Shown: piece by piece, positions 49,011 through 61,892 of the stretch
Position numbering within the stretch: position 1 is the stretch's first letter
Layout: every line of letters begins with the position of its first letter
Source of the DNA: Octopus bimaculoides
Lineage: Eukaryota
Reading direction: 5' to 3'
Length of the DNA stretch: 64,000 nucleotides
Assembly: GCF_001194135.2 (NCBI RefSeq)
Contig: NC_068981.1
Span: 51,418,096-51,482,095 of the forward strand
Program-made: the position numbers and the translations under genes
Notes under the pieces: model-generated
What the model was told of the DNA's origin: nothing
Databases searched by the model: none
Seen by the model: the letters and a program-made list of their open reading frames with translations, nothing else

Positions 49011-50819
49011 GCAAGACTATATGAAACCAGATGCAGGCTAAACCTGTGGGTGGCATAATAGAAATTGATTTCAGATTCCTGGAAAATAAATGGAAATGGT
49101 GGCTGTATGTTGAGGTCTTTCTACTGGTGTGCATTAAAGTCAAATTTAATTTCCCTTTTGCCTGAAGAAAGAAAGCATACTACAGGTAAATTTTAGCGAC
49201 TATTAAATAAAAGAGGAAGAGATTTTAACAAATGTATCTATAGGCTTACGAAGAAAACCTGATACTTGACAGCATCTACCAGGATGTTGTTTTATTGAAT
49301 CTCAATAGCTGAGCATATTCTAATCGAGTCTATTTTGATCCATCGGTTAAAGATTTTAAATATAGTTAAAGCATCAAGAAGAGATTTCACCCGTAGTAAT
49401 TTGCATAATTTAAAATATAACAAATATAAGCTTAGGGAATTAATGCAGTTCATTCGTGGAAATCGCGTAAATTAAAATGATTTGTTACGAGGTGAAATAA
49501 TAAATGTCGTATGCATAAATTAATTGTTGTAGAAATATTCCTTTTGTTGAAGAAAGATTAAAATAGAGCAAATTGCTAGTGGTTTCTAAAAAGCAGAATG
49601 GTAAATTCATGACTTTATGAATTTATCTCACAAAATTTAAAGGTTATGTTCAAATAATTGAGAATTGTTTGCATACGTCATTCAGTACATGAACCCCTAA
49701 CTTATTTATCTGCATTCACACAGTACATCCACTTGAGTTAGTTCCCTGAATTGATTTCATTTTCATCATGCTAATAACAGAATCTGGAGGAAATAATGAA
49801 TTTATCCTTTATAATTTAAGTACATAAACTACTATGGGGACTTAAATATATTCTTCTCTTCTTCCCCCTCAATGTTACAGAATTTTATTCTATTTTGAAT
49901 TAAGAGAAAGAAAATCGAGTTTATTTCTCCATTATCATATAAGTGCTAGATGTAATTGTTCCCTAAACAGGACATAAAAAACAACATAACAACTTAATAT
50001 GAGCTATTTTGACTTCAATGTTTACAAAAATTGGAGCTTTTATGCTTCATACAGCCATTAAGTTCTATAGACGAACAGTCTTACACTGAAGGCAAGGGTT
50101 TTATTGTCTGTGTATATATCATTAGTGATCCTAGATAGCTAAACATTGCAAGAAAGTTTTCCATAATTTATCAATGAAATTCTCTTCGTAAGATATATAT
50201 GTATTTATGTATGTATGTGTGTATGTATTCTCTTTGTATGAAAAATGTATTTATGTATGTAAGCCTCTTTGTATGTATTTGGGTTTTATTCTCCCTTTTT
50301 TGTCTTATTTCACATTTTCAAACATTCTTTTTTTGAAGTGTCCTCAAATGCCTTTAAAACATGCAAACGTAACTGCATGCAAACAGACATTCTGCAATAC
50401 ATATTGTTTCCTATCATATGTGCTAAACTTTGTCCATAGCAAAGTCATGGAAGTGTCTACAGCTTGGTCTCACTAGATCCCTGCTGATGTTTAGGCCCGA
50501 TTTGATTAAGAGAAATTAAATCAAAGGCATTCTAGCAATGACCTTTCAATATTTTCACGTATCACGTGGCCTGTACGATACCGTCCAATGTGTCTGTTTT
50601 TTTAAGACAAAGATAGTGTGTGATTTGAAGGACTGTTGCTACCGTTTCTAGCGGATTGAGAAACCATATAGAAGAGTTCGCGCTTATAAATGAAGATTGT
50701 AAAATGTTAGATTCGCTGCCATCTTTCCTATTTATACACACCTAATAAAACCACCAGAATTATGGATAAGATATTTATTTTAACTTATATATTATTTTAA
50801 CTTATATATGTATATATCT

Positions 50820-51070
50820 ATGTGTGTGTGTATTTGTGTCTGTTTGTGACCCTCCCCCCACCACCACCACCATCACCGCTTGACAACTGGCGTTGGTGTG
50901 TGTACGTTCTTGTAACTTAGCGGTTCAGCAACATAACCTATAAAATAAGTTCTAGGCTTACAAAGAATAAGCCCTGGAGTCGATTTCTTCTATTAAAAAA
51001 ATGTTAAGGCCGTACTCCAGCATGGCCACAGTCAAATTACTGAAACAAGGGGAAGAATAACAGAAAGAAT
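50820..51070 (+). mobile_element. SINE family A, 3' part
   Basis: cgcttgacaac...gtaacttagcggttc...gcttacaaagaataag...ccagcatggcc...tgaaacaag. Confidence 0.8.
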
Positions 51071-51944
51071 AGTCAACATGTGTAATTTAAGCAGGTTTTG
51101 GACTAGTAACACAGTTGTTAGTGATGCCAGATTAGAATTGAGCCGTCAATGGTGACCATATTTTTGTGTCTAATGTAAGGCATGTGGTTTTACATCCCTC
51201 AAAAACACTTCATTTAACCTATCTCACCTCTGTCAACATAAATGTGTAAATTTACATCTGTGAAATACAGGCGTACTCAAAAGTGCAGCAAGAAGCGAGT
51301 TAAGACCCTATTAGAAGAATGATATTTTAAACTTTCTGTGCTTCGCAGAAATTCTCCTTTGAGTTACTCCATCAGAAATTTATATCATATGTAGCTTTAT
51401 TATATACATGCCAACACGACAATAGAAACACCGACAACAGAAATTAAAATAATAATAATAAAAATAATTAGAAGAGCAACAAAAACATTACAATACGATT
51501 GCTTTGTGTTATTAGAACAACCAATAAACCAATTAAATATTTGTACAAACGTATAGCACTATTGATGATGTTCTGTTCGATAACTACTTGGATTTATTTA
51601 ATCAAAGTTTATAGCTTTATCTTCATTAGTGTTGCTAGTCGATAAACTGGACCAACAGCAATTCATTTATTATTATTGATTTCTAGCATAGGCACAATAC
51701 TACACACTGTTTGAAAGTTACTAACGTATATTGACTTTAGTTTGAAACACTTCATTGATAGTACAAAATTTGAAATAGCTGCTTCTCTTCGTGTCAATGG
51801 GCTAAGCAATATGTTAAAATAATTTTTTTCAAAATTCAAAATTGAGAAACGACATCATTACTGCAATATAAAATAGTCAGTATGGCCTGTTGATTGTATA
51901 TGAATTTAGGGAAGCATAAAACGCAAGCTGTAATTTATAATATT

Positions 51945-52100
51945 TGCATTCTGGGATCAAATTCCACCAAGGTGGATTTGCTTTTCGTCTTCTCGGAGTC
52001 GATAAAATTTGTATCAACTCAGTACTGGGGTCGATGTAATCGACTAGTCCTCCCCAACCGATATTGATGACCTTATTCCAAAATGTGAAACCAATATTTG
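51945..52100 (+). mobile_element. SINE family B, 5'-truncated
   Basis: atcaaattccacc, gagtcgataaaa, ctggggtcgatgtaatcgactagtcctcccc. Confidence 0.8.
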
Positions 52101-54627
52101 ATAGATTCGTTGGAAATGTAGAGCAAACCGAACAATCGTGTGGAAATCTATATGAAAGACAGTAAGCTGATTGTCAGGGCGGCGAACTGGTAGTGGAAAG
52201 ATAAATAATTAGTATCTCATCAAAGATATTACGCTGTAATGAAGGCAATAGCACCAAAACTGTGCATGATATATTGTAGCAAATGTAAATAGGAACTACT
52301 AAAATATTAAGTATTACTAACCGCACATGAGAATAGTCGGGAGATATATCATATTTGTGAATTTCAGAAAAATTTACCTCAGCAAATAATTCTATAAAAG
52401 TGGTGACATCATATCGCCATGAAAGGATTGCTTGTTATCAGTTTTTGGAAAGCGTTTCACTGCATAAACAGTATCCGTTTCATAATTGTTATTAGCAACA
52501 GACTTATGAATGTAACACGGACATCTTCATTTACCTGTGCCAAAGGAATCAATATACTAACAACATTTGTCATCTAAAATCTTACAATAAAAAACGCTGA
52601 TCATTAAAGTTCGATTATTTTCTGATAATTTTCCTTAAAAGAAGTTTAAAAAAAGAAAAAGACTATGAAAATACGAAATATCCAAGGAGTAGGGCAAGAA
52701 GGTAAATATAATAGCAATAGTAACTGAAGGATGAGCCATTATTCCAAATATGAAAATAAGTAAGAAGCCTCTTAAGGCTCGCAACACTACACACTATCCC
52801 AAAATAACCCTGATTTGAACAGCTCGCATCTCGTGAAAGGCAAAAAATATTCCCTTGATTGTTGTCATTACCACACAAAATAACACATCAGTATATATAG
52901 ATTCACCTTCAACAATAAACATGAAAATCACAATATCTCCATTTTACAATCAGCTAGAAAACAGAATAAAAATTATATTTTGTTTGTATGTTCAGAATTC
53001 AGTGTATTTTCCGAGAACACATCACAGCACGAGTGGTTAGGTATACCAACAGAAGGACAAAAACAACATGAAAGTCTACATAGAGGTCATGTTATGTGTA
53101 TCATATATCATCTATAATGTTTTCTTTCTAAATAATATAGCAGCAATTAATATTACAAAACAAAAATACTAACAATGTCAAAACTTTCGATTATTGTTTT
53201 ATTTTTATTTTTGCGAAAGTTACGACGAATTTATATTATTTAATGAAGAAAAAAGAGCTTAAAAGAATATCGTGATCAGGTTTTGTCTGTGTCTGTAAAA
53301 CAAATTTCTTTTCTGTTTTATATTACATTCAATATTGTAGTTGTACATAAACGCTCACATTCAGGCTTACACCACACTAAAGTAACCACGCACGTATAAA
53401 GCTATATATATNNNNNNNNNNNNNNNNNNNNNNNNNNNNNNNNNNNNNNNNNNNNNNNNNNNNNNNNNNNNNNNNNNNNNNNNNNNNNNNNNNNNNNNNN
53501 NNNNNNNNNNNNNNNNNNNNNNNNNNNNNNNNNNNNNNNNNNNNNNNNNNNNNNNNNNNNNNNNNNNNNNNNNNNNNNNNNNNNNNNNNNNNNNNNNNNN
53601 NNNNNNNNNNNNNNNNNNNNNNNNNNNNNNNNNNNNNNNNNNNNNNNNNNNNNNNNNNNNNNNNNNNNNNNNNNNNNNNNNNNNNNNNNNNNNNNNNNNN
53701 NNNNNNNNNNNNNNNNNNNNNNNNNNNNNNNNNNNNNNNNNNNNNNNNNNNNNNNNNNNNNNNNNNNNNNNNNNNNNNNNNNNNNNNNNNNNNNNNNNNN
53801 NNNNNNNNNNNNNNNNNNNNNNNNNNNNNNNNNNNNNNNNNNNNNNNNNNNNNNNNNNNNNNNNNNNNNNNNNNATATATATAGGTATTGCAAATTTTAG
53901 AGGTAATACTTGATAGTTGTAAGCACCTGTATATGCCAGATAGTGGCCGAGGTGAAAGAATATGTTAAAACGTAAAATTAAAACAAAACACAAAGGATAC
54001 CGCGGTACACGTGTTTCAAGCTTTATACACAAACAGTCGTTGCATCATTATATGAGTATATAATTGATAGACAGGATGGTTTAAAGGTATCTTAAGCCGC
54101 AAATATATTCTGTCCCAAGATTACATCACAAAAAAGAAAGCACAAAGAAAAAAGAAAAAGAGAGAGAAACATAAGAGAGAAAAATGGAAAGTCCACTTGG
54201 TATTATCTATTGTAATATGCTTATCCTTAAATTGTTATATCTACATAAAAGTTCATCGGTATTCAGAAATCTGTCCATATTGTACTTCAATTCAGAGTAG
54301 AGTGAATGATAAATAAATATAACTAGCGTATATGAGATAGAGGGAGAGGATCAAAACAAAAAGAAGTTGGAGGTTAAAACAATATAAAATACAACAAAAA
54401 CAATATGAAATAAGAGATAGAATACACAAATAATAATACAAAAATAATAGAAGTCAAATCGAGGTTAATATAAGAAAAAATACGGATAATAAAGGTTAGA
54501 TGCATATAAAAGATTTAATAGGGTTGGAATAAGGTAATAAAGGAAAGAAAAAGAGATAAAGAGAGGGCCAAGACAGCATCATGTATGTCTGTCATTTAGG
54601 AACTCATCTCTTTAGATCTCTTTATCT

Positions 54628-54629
<2 letters not shown>

Positions 54630-54688
<59 letters not shown>
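54630..54688. repeat. (TA)n microsatellite
   Basis: Read directly. Confidence 0.95.
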
Positions 54689-54691
<3 letters not shown>

Positions 54692-54811
54692 TGTGCATCT
54701 AAACGCATAAGAGGTATCTATCATAGGACCCTCACGCTAGAAAGAACACCTAAGTTCCAAACCACTATTATGGATAACATCGCAAAAGGAATGAAAAATA
54801 AAAACATTTAC

Positions 54812-54896
54812 AACCTAGTTCCTTGACCAATGGTTTCTGACTTATTTTAGCAAATAAAATAATTTACCAGGCGAAGTCTTCATCAGCAGATAAAAC
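54812..54896 (-). ncRNA. Decayed hammerhead ribozyme copy 1
   Basis: CTGATGA (54886-54880), GAAA and CC-ATT-GG-TC are intact, but stem I is broken (G:A at position 1.1, and the distal stem-I segment is missing). Confidence 0.5.
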
Positions 54897-55098
54897 ATAT
54901 ATACACGATGCAATCCAGTATATGCCTCTTGCTTATACATACTAATTTTTCAAATCTACCGCGCGAGCGCAGCTCCTTGTCGGTAGTGAATAAAAATGCC
55001 GGCGTTTAAATTCGAAAATTATCCAGAAAAAATTATCAATAAATAACAATAATATCAAGGGTAATTAGAAATATTAGAAATTTCTACTACCAGTGGCC

Positions 55099-55546
55099 TA
55101 GCGTGTAAAAATTTAGTCCATAGACTATATATTATTCATACAAATACAGTGTACATTTAAACACATAAGAGGTATCCATTATAGGATTCACTCACGCTAG
55201 AAAGAACAGCTAAGTTCCAAACCACTATTATGGATAACATTTCGAAAGGAATGAAAAATGAAAACATTTGCATCTAGTTCCTGGACCAATGGTTTCTGAC
55301 TTATTTTAGTAAATAAAATAATATGCCAGGCGAAGTCTTCATCAGCAGGTACACCCAGATCAAACATATATACACTAAGCAATCCAGTATATGCCACATG
55401 CTTACACTTACTAATTTTTCGATATAAAGTAAATAAAAATGCCGGCGTTTAAATTCGAAAATTATCCAGAAAACATTATCAATAATTAACAATATCAAGG
55501 GTACACAGTATTTATATGAATAATATGGACTAAATTTTACACGCTA
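55099..55546. repeat. Inverted repeat (55099-55153 vs 55502-55546) bracketing unit 2
   Basis: tagcgtgtaaaaatttagtccata..ttattcatacaaatacagtgta versus tacacagtatttatatgaataatatggactaaattttacacgcta. Confidence 0.92.
55271..55361 (-). ncRNA. Type-I hammerhead ribozyme candidate, copy 2
   Basis: GAUCUGGGU-GUACCUG-CUGAUGA-A-GACUU-[CGCCUGGCAUAUU-AUUUU-AUUUACU-AAAAU]-AAGUC-A-GAAA-CC-AUU-GG-UC^-CAGGAAC-UAGAUG. All three stems pair by eye; the 10.1-11.1 position is A:A, which is non-canonical. Confidence 0.7.
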
Positions 55547-55859
55547 CGAAATAATTGAGGAAAGGTCTTCACCAGGTTACATTCAGTTATAGGAAAAAGA
55601 AAAGAGTACTCAAAGCTTTATCCATTCCAGAAACCAGTAAGGTGCAACGCAGTAACCAGTACTCATTCCAATATCTGAATCATTTAATTGGACGTTATGT
55701 GTAATACGGTCCACTGATGTTAAATCGAGGAAAGTATTAACCACTATGTCGATAGGAATATTTAGTGCCTCTATCTAAAAGAAAAAGAATCAGATAGCTG
55801 GTTAACAGTAATTTAAACGGCCTTTGAATGTCAGGAAATAGCTCTGTATCAGGACCAAA

Positions 55860-56080
55860 TGCATGTAAGTATGAAGTCAGCAGACATGAGAGATAAAAAG
55901 AGAGCGGAAAATATACTCTTAATGACTTGTAATACATATCTACGTATATTGCATAGCTTTTTTGCAAAAGGATACCAGAGAAAAGGCTTTCTTTTCAGGA
56001 ACCGAATGTAATCAAATATATTAACCCTTCCTTTCAACAGTATGCAAATTCGGTAGAAATAACCCAAGAACTCACATGCA
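55860..56080 (-). mobile_element. Possible piggyBac transposase remnant
   Basis: FAYC*KEGLIY...LQKSYAIYVDMYYKSL resembles LCxSxTGYxY...KGYxxYxDNYYTS. Confidence 0.3.
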
Positions 56081-56717
56081 TCATAATGAGCAGTTAAAAA
56101 GTTACCACGATCTTTGCACAAATGAGGCCTGATGTAGTGGCAAGAAACCAAATGACAAAAAATCTATATTGCAATCTGTAGACGTAATTGTCCCTAATAT
56201 CAAAAATACAAGATGTTACAATTACGTTAGTGAAATATTTCTGTAAAAACCTGTGCAAAATGTAGACATATCAGACTAAGCGAATTGACCTGGGTCAGAG
56301 AAAAAGAAGCATCAAAGTTGTACAAATCAATTTTCTGTAACCGCACATAACGTGATGATAGCTTGTAACAGACGTTAACATAATGGTAAATATATAAGAA
56401 AGAAAATAGTTATGGCGGACTAATGAGAAATTTGCAGATACTCCTCCCGGGCAATAACTTTCGATTTTTACCTATAATTATGGGGACACTAATAATTGGG
56501 TTATGTAACTAAGTACTTCACCTCTAGTCTTGAGGAGACTGCTTCACAAAACAAACAAAAAATTCAAAAGGAAACTGATAAGATATATTTCATTTTAGCT
56601 TGCAATAGGTTAGGTTGATATACACACATGCACAATCATAATTGAACACATAGGGATCCATATATACATGCTCACACTCAAAGGTATTTGCGCCTGTGTC
56701 TGTATACATATATGTCT

Positions 56718-57030
<313 letters not shown>

Positions 57031-59267
57031 ACACATAAACACACGCATATATGCATAGGTACACGCATGCATATTTACATACATCAATATATATCGATGA
57101 TACTCTCAAATTTCCAACGAAGTTGTGTTGTCCTTTGGTGGTGAACAGGAAAAGAATGGTCTTAGTAGCACTCAGTTATTTCAATATTCCACAAAATTAG
57201 TCATTTGTCTAATCAACACATTGCATTTCCTTTTATTTTCGCTTCGTTTTGTATTTCAGTCAGCCATTGTTTCATTTTTGCTACGAATTGTGATATTTTT
57301 TTCAATGTGTAGTAAAAGAACACCCTCTTCACAGTTTAAATACATTTTTTTTCTGTCTGTATGTCGCTCTTTATTTTTACAGTTTGGACAATAATGCTCG
57401 TTAGCCTTTTGGTAGTTGAACTTGAAGTCTTGAAGTGAAAAGCTGCCAAACGCTAACAGATAATGGGCTTTGTTCAATAGAAACAAAACGTTTCCACACA
57501 TCAGCTAGGACCTCCTGTTCTTCTTACAATGAGAGCATATTTAAAATGCCTCCACATTTAGCAATACAAAGCTATGTTACCCGCATCCTTGCTCTTTCTT
57601 CTATCTATTGCCAAAGCAAATCATGCATGAACAAGCAAATGTATTCTTCGTAACACGCTTCTCCAAGTTAAATGCTTTTCTTCTTTGAGCAGCCCTATAT
57701 TCAAGCGTTCTTCGTAATTTCCTACGCTACAAAATCATCACATTATTGCTTTTAAGAACCTTATATTTGCCTTATCTGTTTGGTGCTGTTTTCTGCTTTT
57801 TCGCGTTCGACATTTTTAATCTGTGTTAATTTTTTGTTTACAATCTTAAGTGTATTCATTAACATTGGTACCACCAAAGTCTGATGTTTACCACGTCTTA
57901 CCACCTCAATACAACAATCTTTCTGAAGACACATATATAATCCGCTACAAACTAAGTGGATCCTAAAACTGTTCCAACACCTTCTAACTGTAACATTTTC
58001 TACAGAAATTTTCTGGCATCATATGCAACAGTGATAGATTTAATTCATCTACGGAGAAACTTTGAACACATTATTTTTCAAATCAAAACAATAATAATAC
58101 GAAATGCAAATCATTCCATATTGTTGTCTCTACAAAAGAAATGCAGCACAAGAGAAACAGCCACACTTATTATACTGAAAACTTACGTAAGGAAAACTAA
58201 AGCACTGCAGCAAATAATAATACGCATAGATAAAAAGTACAAGAAAACAGATATTGAAAACCAAAGGAGTACCGATAAACACATAAAATATACACAACTA
58301 CAGCAAACGTTTTTCATCAGTTCCATAACAGGAACCGAAGAGAATAACATCTCACATTAAAATACATCATTCAAGAAAATCTAACTGAAACAATAGAGAA
58401 AATACGAGGGAAAAGGTTAACAAAGTATTATCAACGTAAACACCTCCTCAAGTTTTATAAAAGAATAAACTAAGGTATAAAATGCTAGAGAAATTTTGTG
58501 CAGAGTTTAGACTGCTTAAATATCGACAGATTAAAACTCTGATCTACTCAAGATTAGCGGTAGTATCGGGGAAAATTGATTTGATTTGGTTATACATGGA
58601 CACTCATAATAATCTCCCTCCTCAGAATAGAAAGAAACTGTAATGTAAAACATTTGAATATATCCTCTTTTCTTACTTTACTAGACAGGGCGATATCCTT
58701 CATACAAACTAAAACTGAGCCCAAATACCAAAACCATGTATGATGAAAAAATAACGTTAGCACGTTTAAACCAGACGAAAAAGATTCTAAGACACGTTGT
58801 TAATACTTATATCGTTTTTATTTTATTTACTCCTTTGATTTATTGTGCATATTTATTGTGCTAAGTATCGTTGTCTCCATATTCAATTTTAGTATACCTA
58901 AATTTCTATCAGTGTTCGTATCTTTTGGCCTTATGGTTTTTACAAATGTCTTTCTAGTCTTTTGGCGTTTATTTGTTACTAATGACCCCGTGCCGTCAAA
59001 AATGACGCTAATTGTAGTATTTTATATATAAAAAGGATACAGAAATGTGAAAAAAAAAACAGTGCTTCATCTCTGTGTGAGTATGTGTGGGTATGTGTGC
59101 GTGAATGTGTATGTATATGTGTGTGTGAGTTTATACGTGTGTACATATGTATACATTTTTATGTATAAGTAGCACAATCTGTAGCGAACGCGGTTTTTTA
59201 TACTTTGTCACAGGCTATACTTTATCACGGCTTTCTATACTTTGTCCTTCCTTTCTAAGTGTCTGTT

Positions 59268-59269
<2 letters not shown>

Positions 59270-59322
<53 letters not shown>
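59270..59322. repeat. (GT)n running into a gap
   Basis: Read directly. Confidence 0.95.
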
Positions 59323-60719
59323 NNNNNNNNNNNNNNNNNNNNNNNNNNNNNNNNNNNNNNNNNNNNNNNNNNNNNNNNNNNNNNNNNNNNNNNNNNNNNN
59401 NNNNNNNNNNNNNNNNNNNNNNNNNNNNNNNNNNNNNNNNNNNNNNNNNNNNNNNNNNNNNNNNNNNNNNNNNNNNNNNNNNNNNNNNNNNNNNNNNNNN
59501 NNNNNNNNNNNNNNNNNNNNNNNNNNNNNNNNNNNNNNNNNNNNNNNNNNNNNNNNNNNNNNNNNNNNNNNNNNNNNNNNNNNNNNNNNNNNNNNNNNNN
59601 NNNNNNNNNNNNNNNGCGGCTTAATTGGGAATCGGGGATGGAAAGCTTGGTGTGTTTAGGGTGGGAGGAGGAAAGGCTGAGGTGTGGATATCGGCAGAAG
59701 TCCGAAATTCGTTGCTGGATGGTGTGAGGGGGATGAAACGCAGACCCCCCCCCTACTGAAGAGCGAGCGCTCCACCTCAGAGAGGGGAGAAGATCTGGAG
59801 GAATGGTAACAACAGACTGAAATGGAGAAGGGGTGAATGGGAAAGAAGTAGGAGGGTGGTGAGGATGGTGGAAGGCTGGGATGGAGGGGATGGGGGTGAG
59901 GATGGGGAGAGAATATCAGGCAGAGAGAGGAGTAGTGGAGGAGTTGGGGTAGTGGCATCGGGTGTGATGGAATGGGGAAGTGAGTGGTGTTTACGTTCCT
60001 TGGTGTGAGTGAGAAATTGATGAAAGAGACAAATATATAAAAACATTACGCTCATTAATATTTTTTTTATGGTGTGAGCTTGTGTGCTTTTTACAGCGAT
60101 GCTTTAAGTATTTTTTCGCCTTTCTGCCTTCCAAAAACTTGCTCTTTTATATCTCTTTTATAATCTATGGATCTATGCATGGAAAAATGATAAAACACAG
60201 ATTCGTTACAGCGTAAAAACGGAGGCAATTAAGATCAACACTATGGTTATAATAAAACCATTCGGAGGCACGTTGACTTTAGTTCATTTGCCTAGTACTG
60301 GCTCCATTAACAAATTTGTGGAATGAATGCTTTATATGTTATAGATGTGGGAGTAGTTTACTTAATGGAAATAGAGCCTTCTCAGTCCTGAACTGTCGCC
60401 TACATATCAGAAAGGAGCTGGGTTCCCTAAAAGATTCATATAGAAGTCACTCTTGGAATGCTTCAGTTACACCTAATTGTATGTTTGAAAGACTATCGAA
60501 ATACCTCCTAGAAGCAGATACAGCAAGAGGGTTGTAGTGGAGAAAATAAATGTGTGCAAGGGTGAGAACGGAGTAAAAGAGTATCTACAGTAAAATGAAA
60601 TTAAATTAAAAAGTAACTGAATGAATACTTTAAAACAAAACAAAAAGAAAGCTAAATGAATGCAATTGAAAAGAATAAAAATTTACTGTATAAGTAGATG
60701 GGAAATGGAATCCTATATA

Positions 60720-61403
60720 CGAGGTCTGATCAATAAGTATCCAGACTATTGCCATAGTAACGAAGCTAAAGCACGCAGAGTAAAACGGCTTGACAAAGAC
60801 TGACCTGGACCTGTGCTATGCATGAGCACTACGTTTTAACGGTTTAGCTCACTTCCGCTGTTCACAGCAGTGCTTCAAATTAACGTGTGGAACGTGTGAT
60901 CGTCGCATTGACCATGACAGAGAGAGTTGTTATGACGATACCTGCTGAGACGCATAATGCAAGTTGCAGCAAGTGTATGGAGAGGAGTGCATGAGCCGCA
61001 CACAAGTTTACGAGTGGTTCAGCTATTTCCAAGATGGTCGAATCACCATCCGTGGGTCATCAGAATATGTGCAGATGAGTTACGTTATGAGACGCGTGTC
61101 TGCCAAGTTTGTGCCAAAACTGCTCTCAGCTGACCAAAAAGACACTCAGGTCTTAGTTGCATAAGATCTACTTAATTATTTCGAGAACGAGGAAAACTTT
61201 TTGAAAACTTTGCGTATCTTCAAGCTTTTGGTAAAAATTGATACAGATTCTCTGCTCAACTTTTTCCGTGATGGTCATTGCGATGAACGAACGCTCCATG
61301 CGTTACTTCCAGCACTGCTGTAGACAGCGGAAGTGTGCGAGAACACCAAAACTATAGCCTCATTACCATGGCAACAACCCGGATACTTATTGATCAGACC
61401 ACG
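60720..61403 (+). mobile_element. Non-autonomous mariner with two 5' ends, second copy
   Basis: TA-cgaggtctgatcaataagtatcc ... ccggatacttattgatcagaccacg-TA. Plus frame reads QQVYGEECMSRTQVYEWF and RRVSAKFVPKLLSADQK; the right arm reads EKVEQRICINFYQKL on the minus strand. Confidence 0.9.
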
Positions 61404-61769
61404 TAGGTCGCGCGGAGTGCTGAATTTTATCAGAAACATAAGTGATTGATTGTTAAAGTGTAATAATATTTGTTCCGAGAAATATCTGAGTTCGAACAAA
61501 ATAAAAGTTAGAGACGAGTGTCAAGACACTTAACGAGTTTATTAACTGAAAAATGATTAGCCTATATATGAGTTTTCAACTATGAGATGGAATCTAGCTG
61601 AAACAGAGTCGATTGGAAATCCGTGGCTGTGCGAGTGTAGAAACTTAGTTTATAGGAATATGTGTTGAAAGCAAATAAATTAAGGAAGTATAAAGTGATG
61701 CGTAGTGAAGCCAGAAACGAAATTAGGTAGAGTAGCAATCGTGTCATAACCTGAGATAAAAATATCGGT

Positions 61770-61892
61770 TTAAAATGTTCGCACAAGGCCAGCGATTTAT
61801 GGGGTAGTTGTAAGTCGAACCAAGTGCTCAACCGGTACATATTTTATCGACTCCAAAAGAATCAAAGGCAAAGTCGAACCAAGTTTGAACAC
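61770..61892 (-). mobile_element. SINE family B remnant
   Basis: ggtacatattttatcgactcc...aaaggcaaagtcgaacc is the reverse complement of the core. Confidence 0.7.

Larger units (their letters stand above)
54687..55502 (-). repeat. Tandem dimer of a hammerhead-containing unit (54687-55062, 55145-55502)
   Basis: Two colinear diverged copies, period ~459 nt. Confidence 0.95.

Noticed and set aside
48786-49143. Poly-Ser/Gly and poly-Cys ORFs, and similar poly-Ile, -Asn, -Tyr, -Leu, YI and CV ORFs elsewhere
   Set aside because: They are translations of microsatellites with no flanking coding evidence.
55075-55095. AATTTCTACT, resembling a Cas12a repeat
   Set aside because: Single occurrence, no spacers, eukaryotic context. 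No CRISPR array exists in the window.
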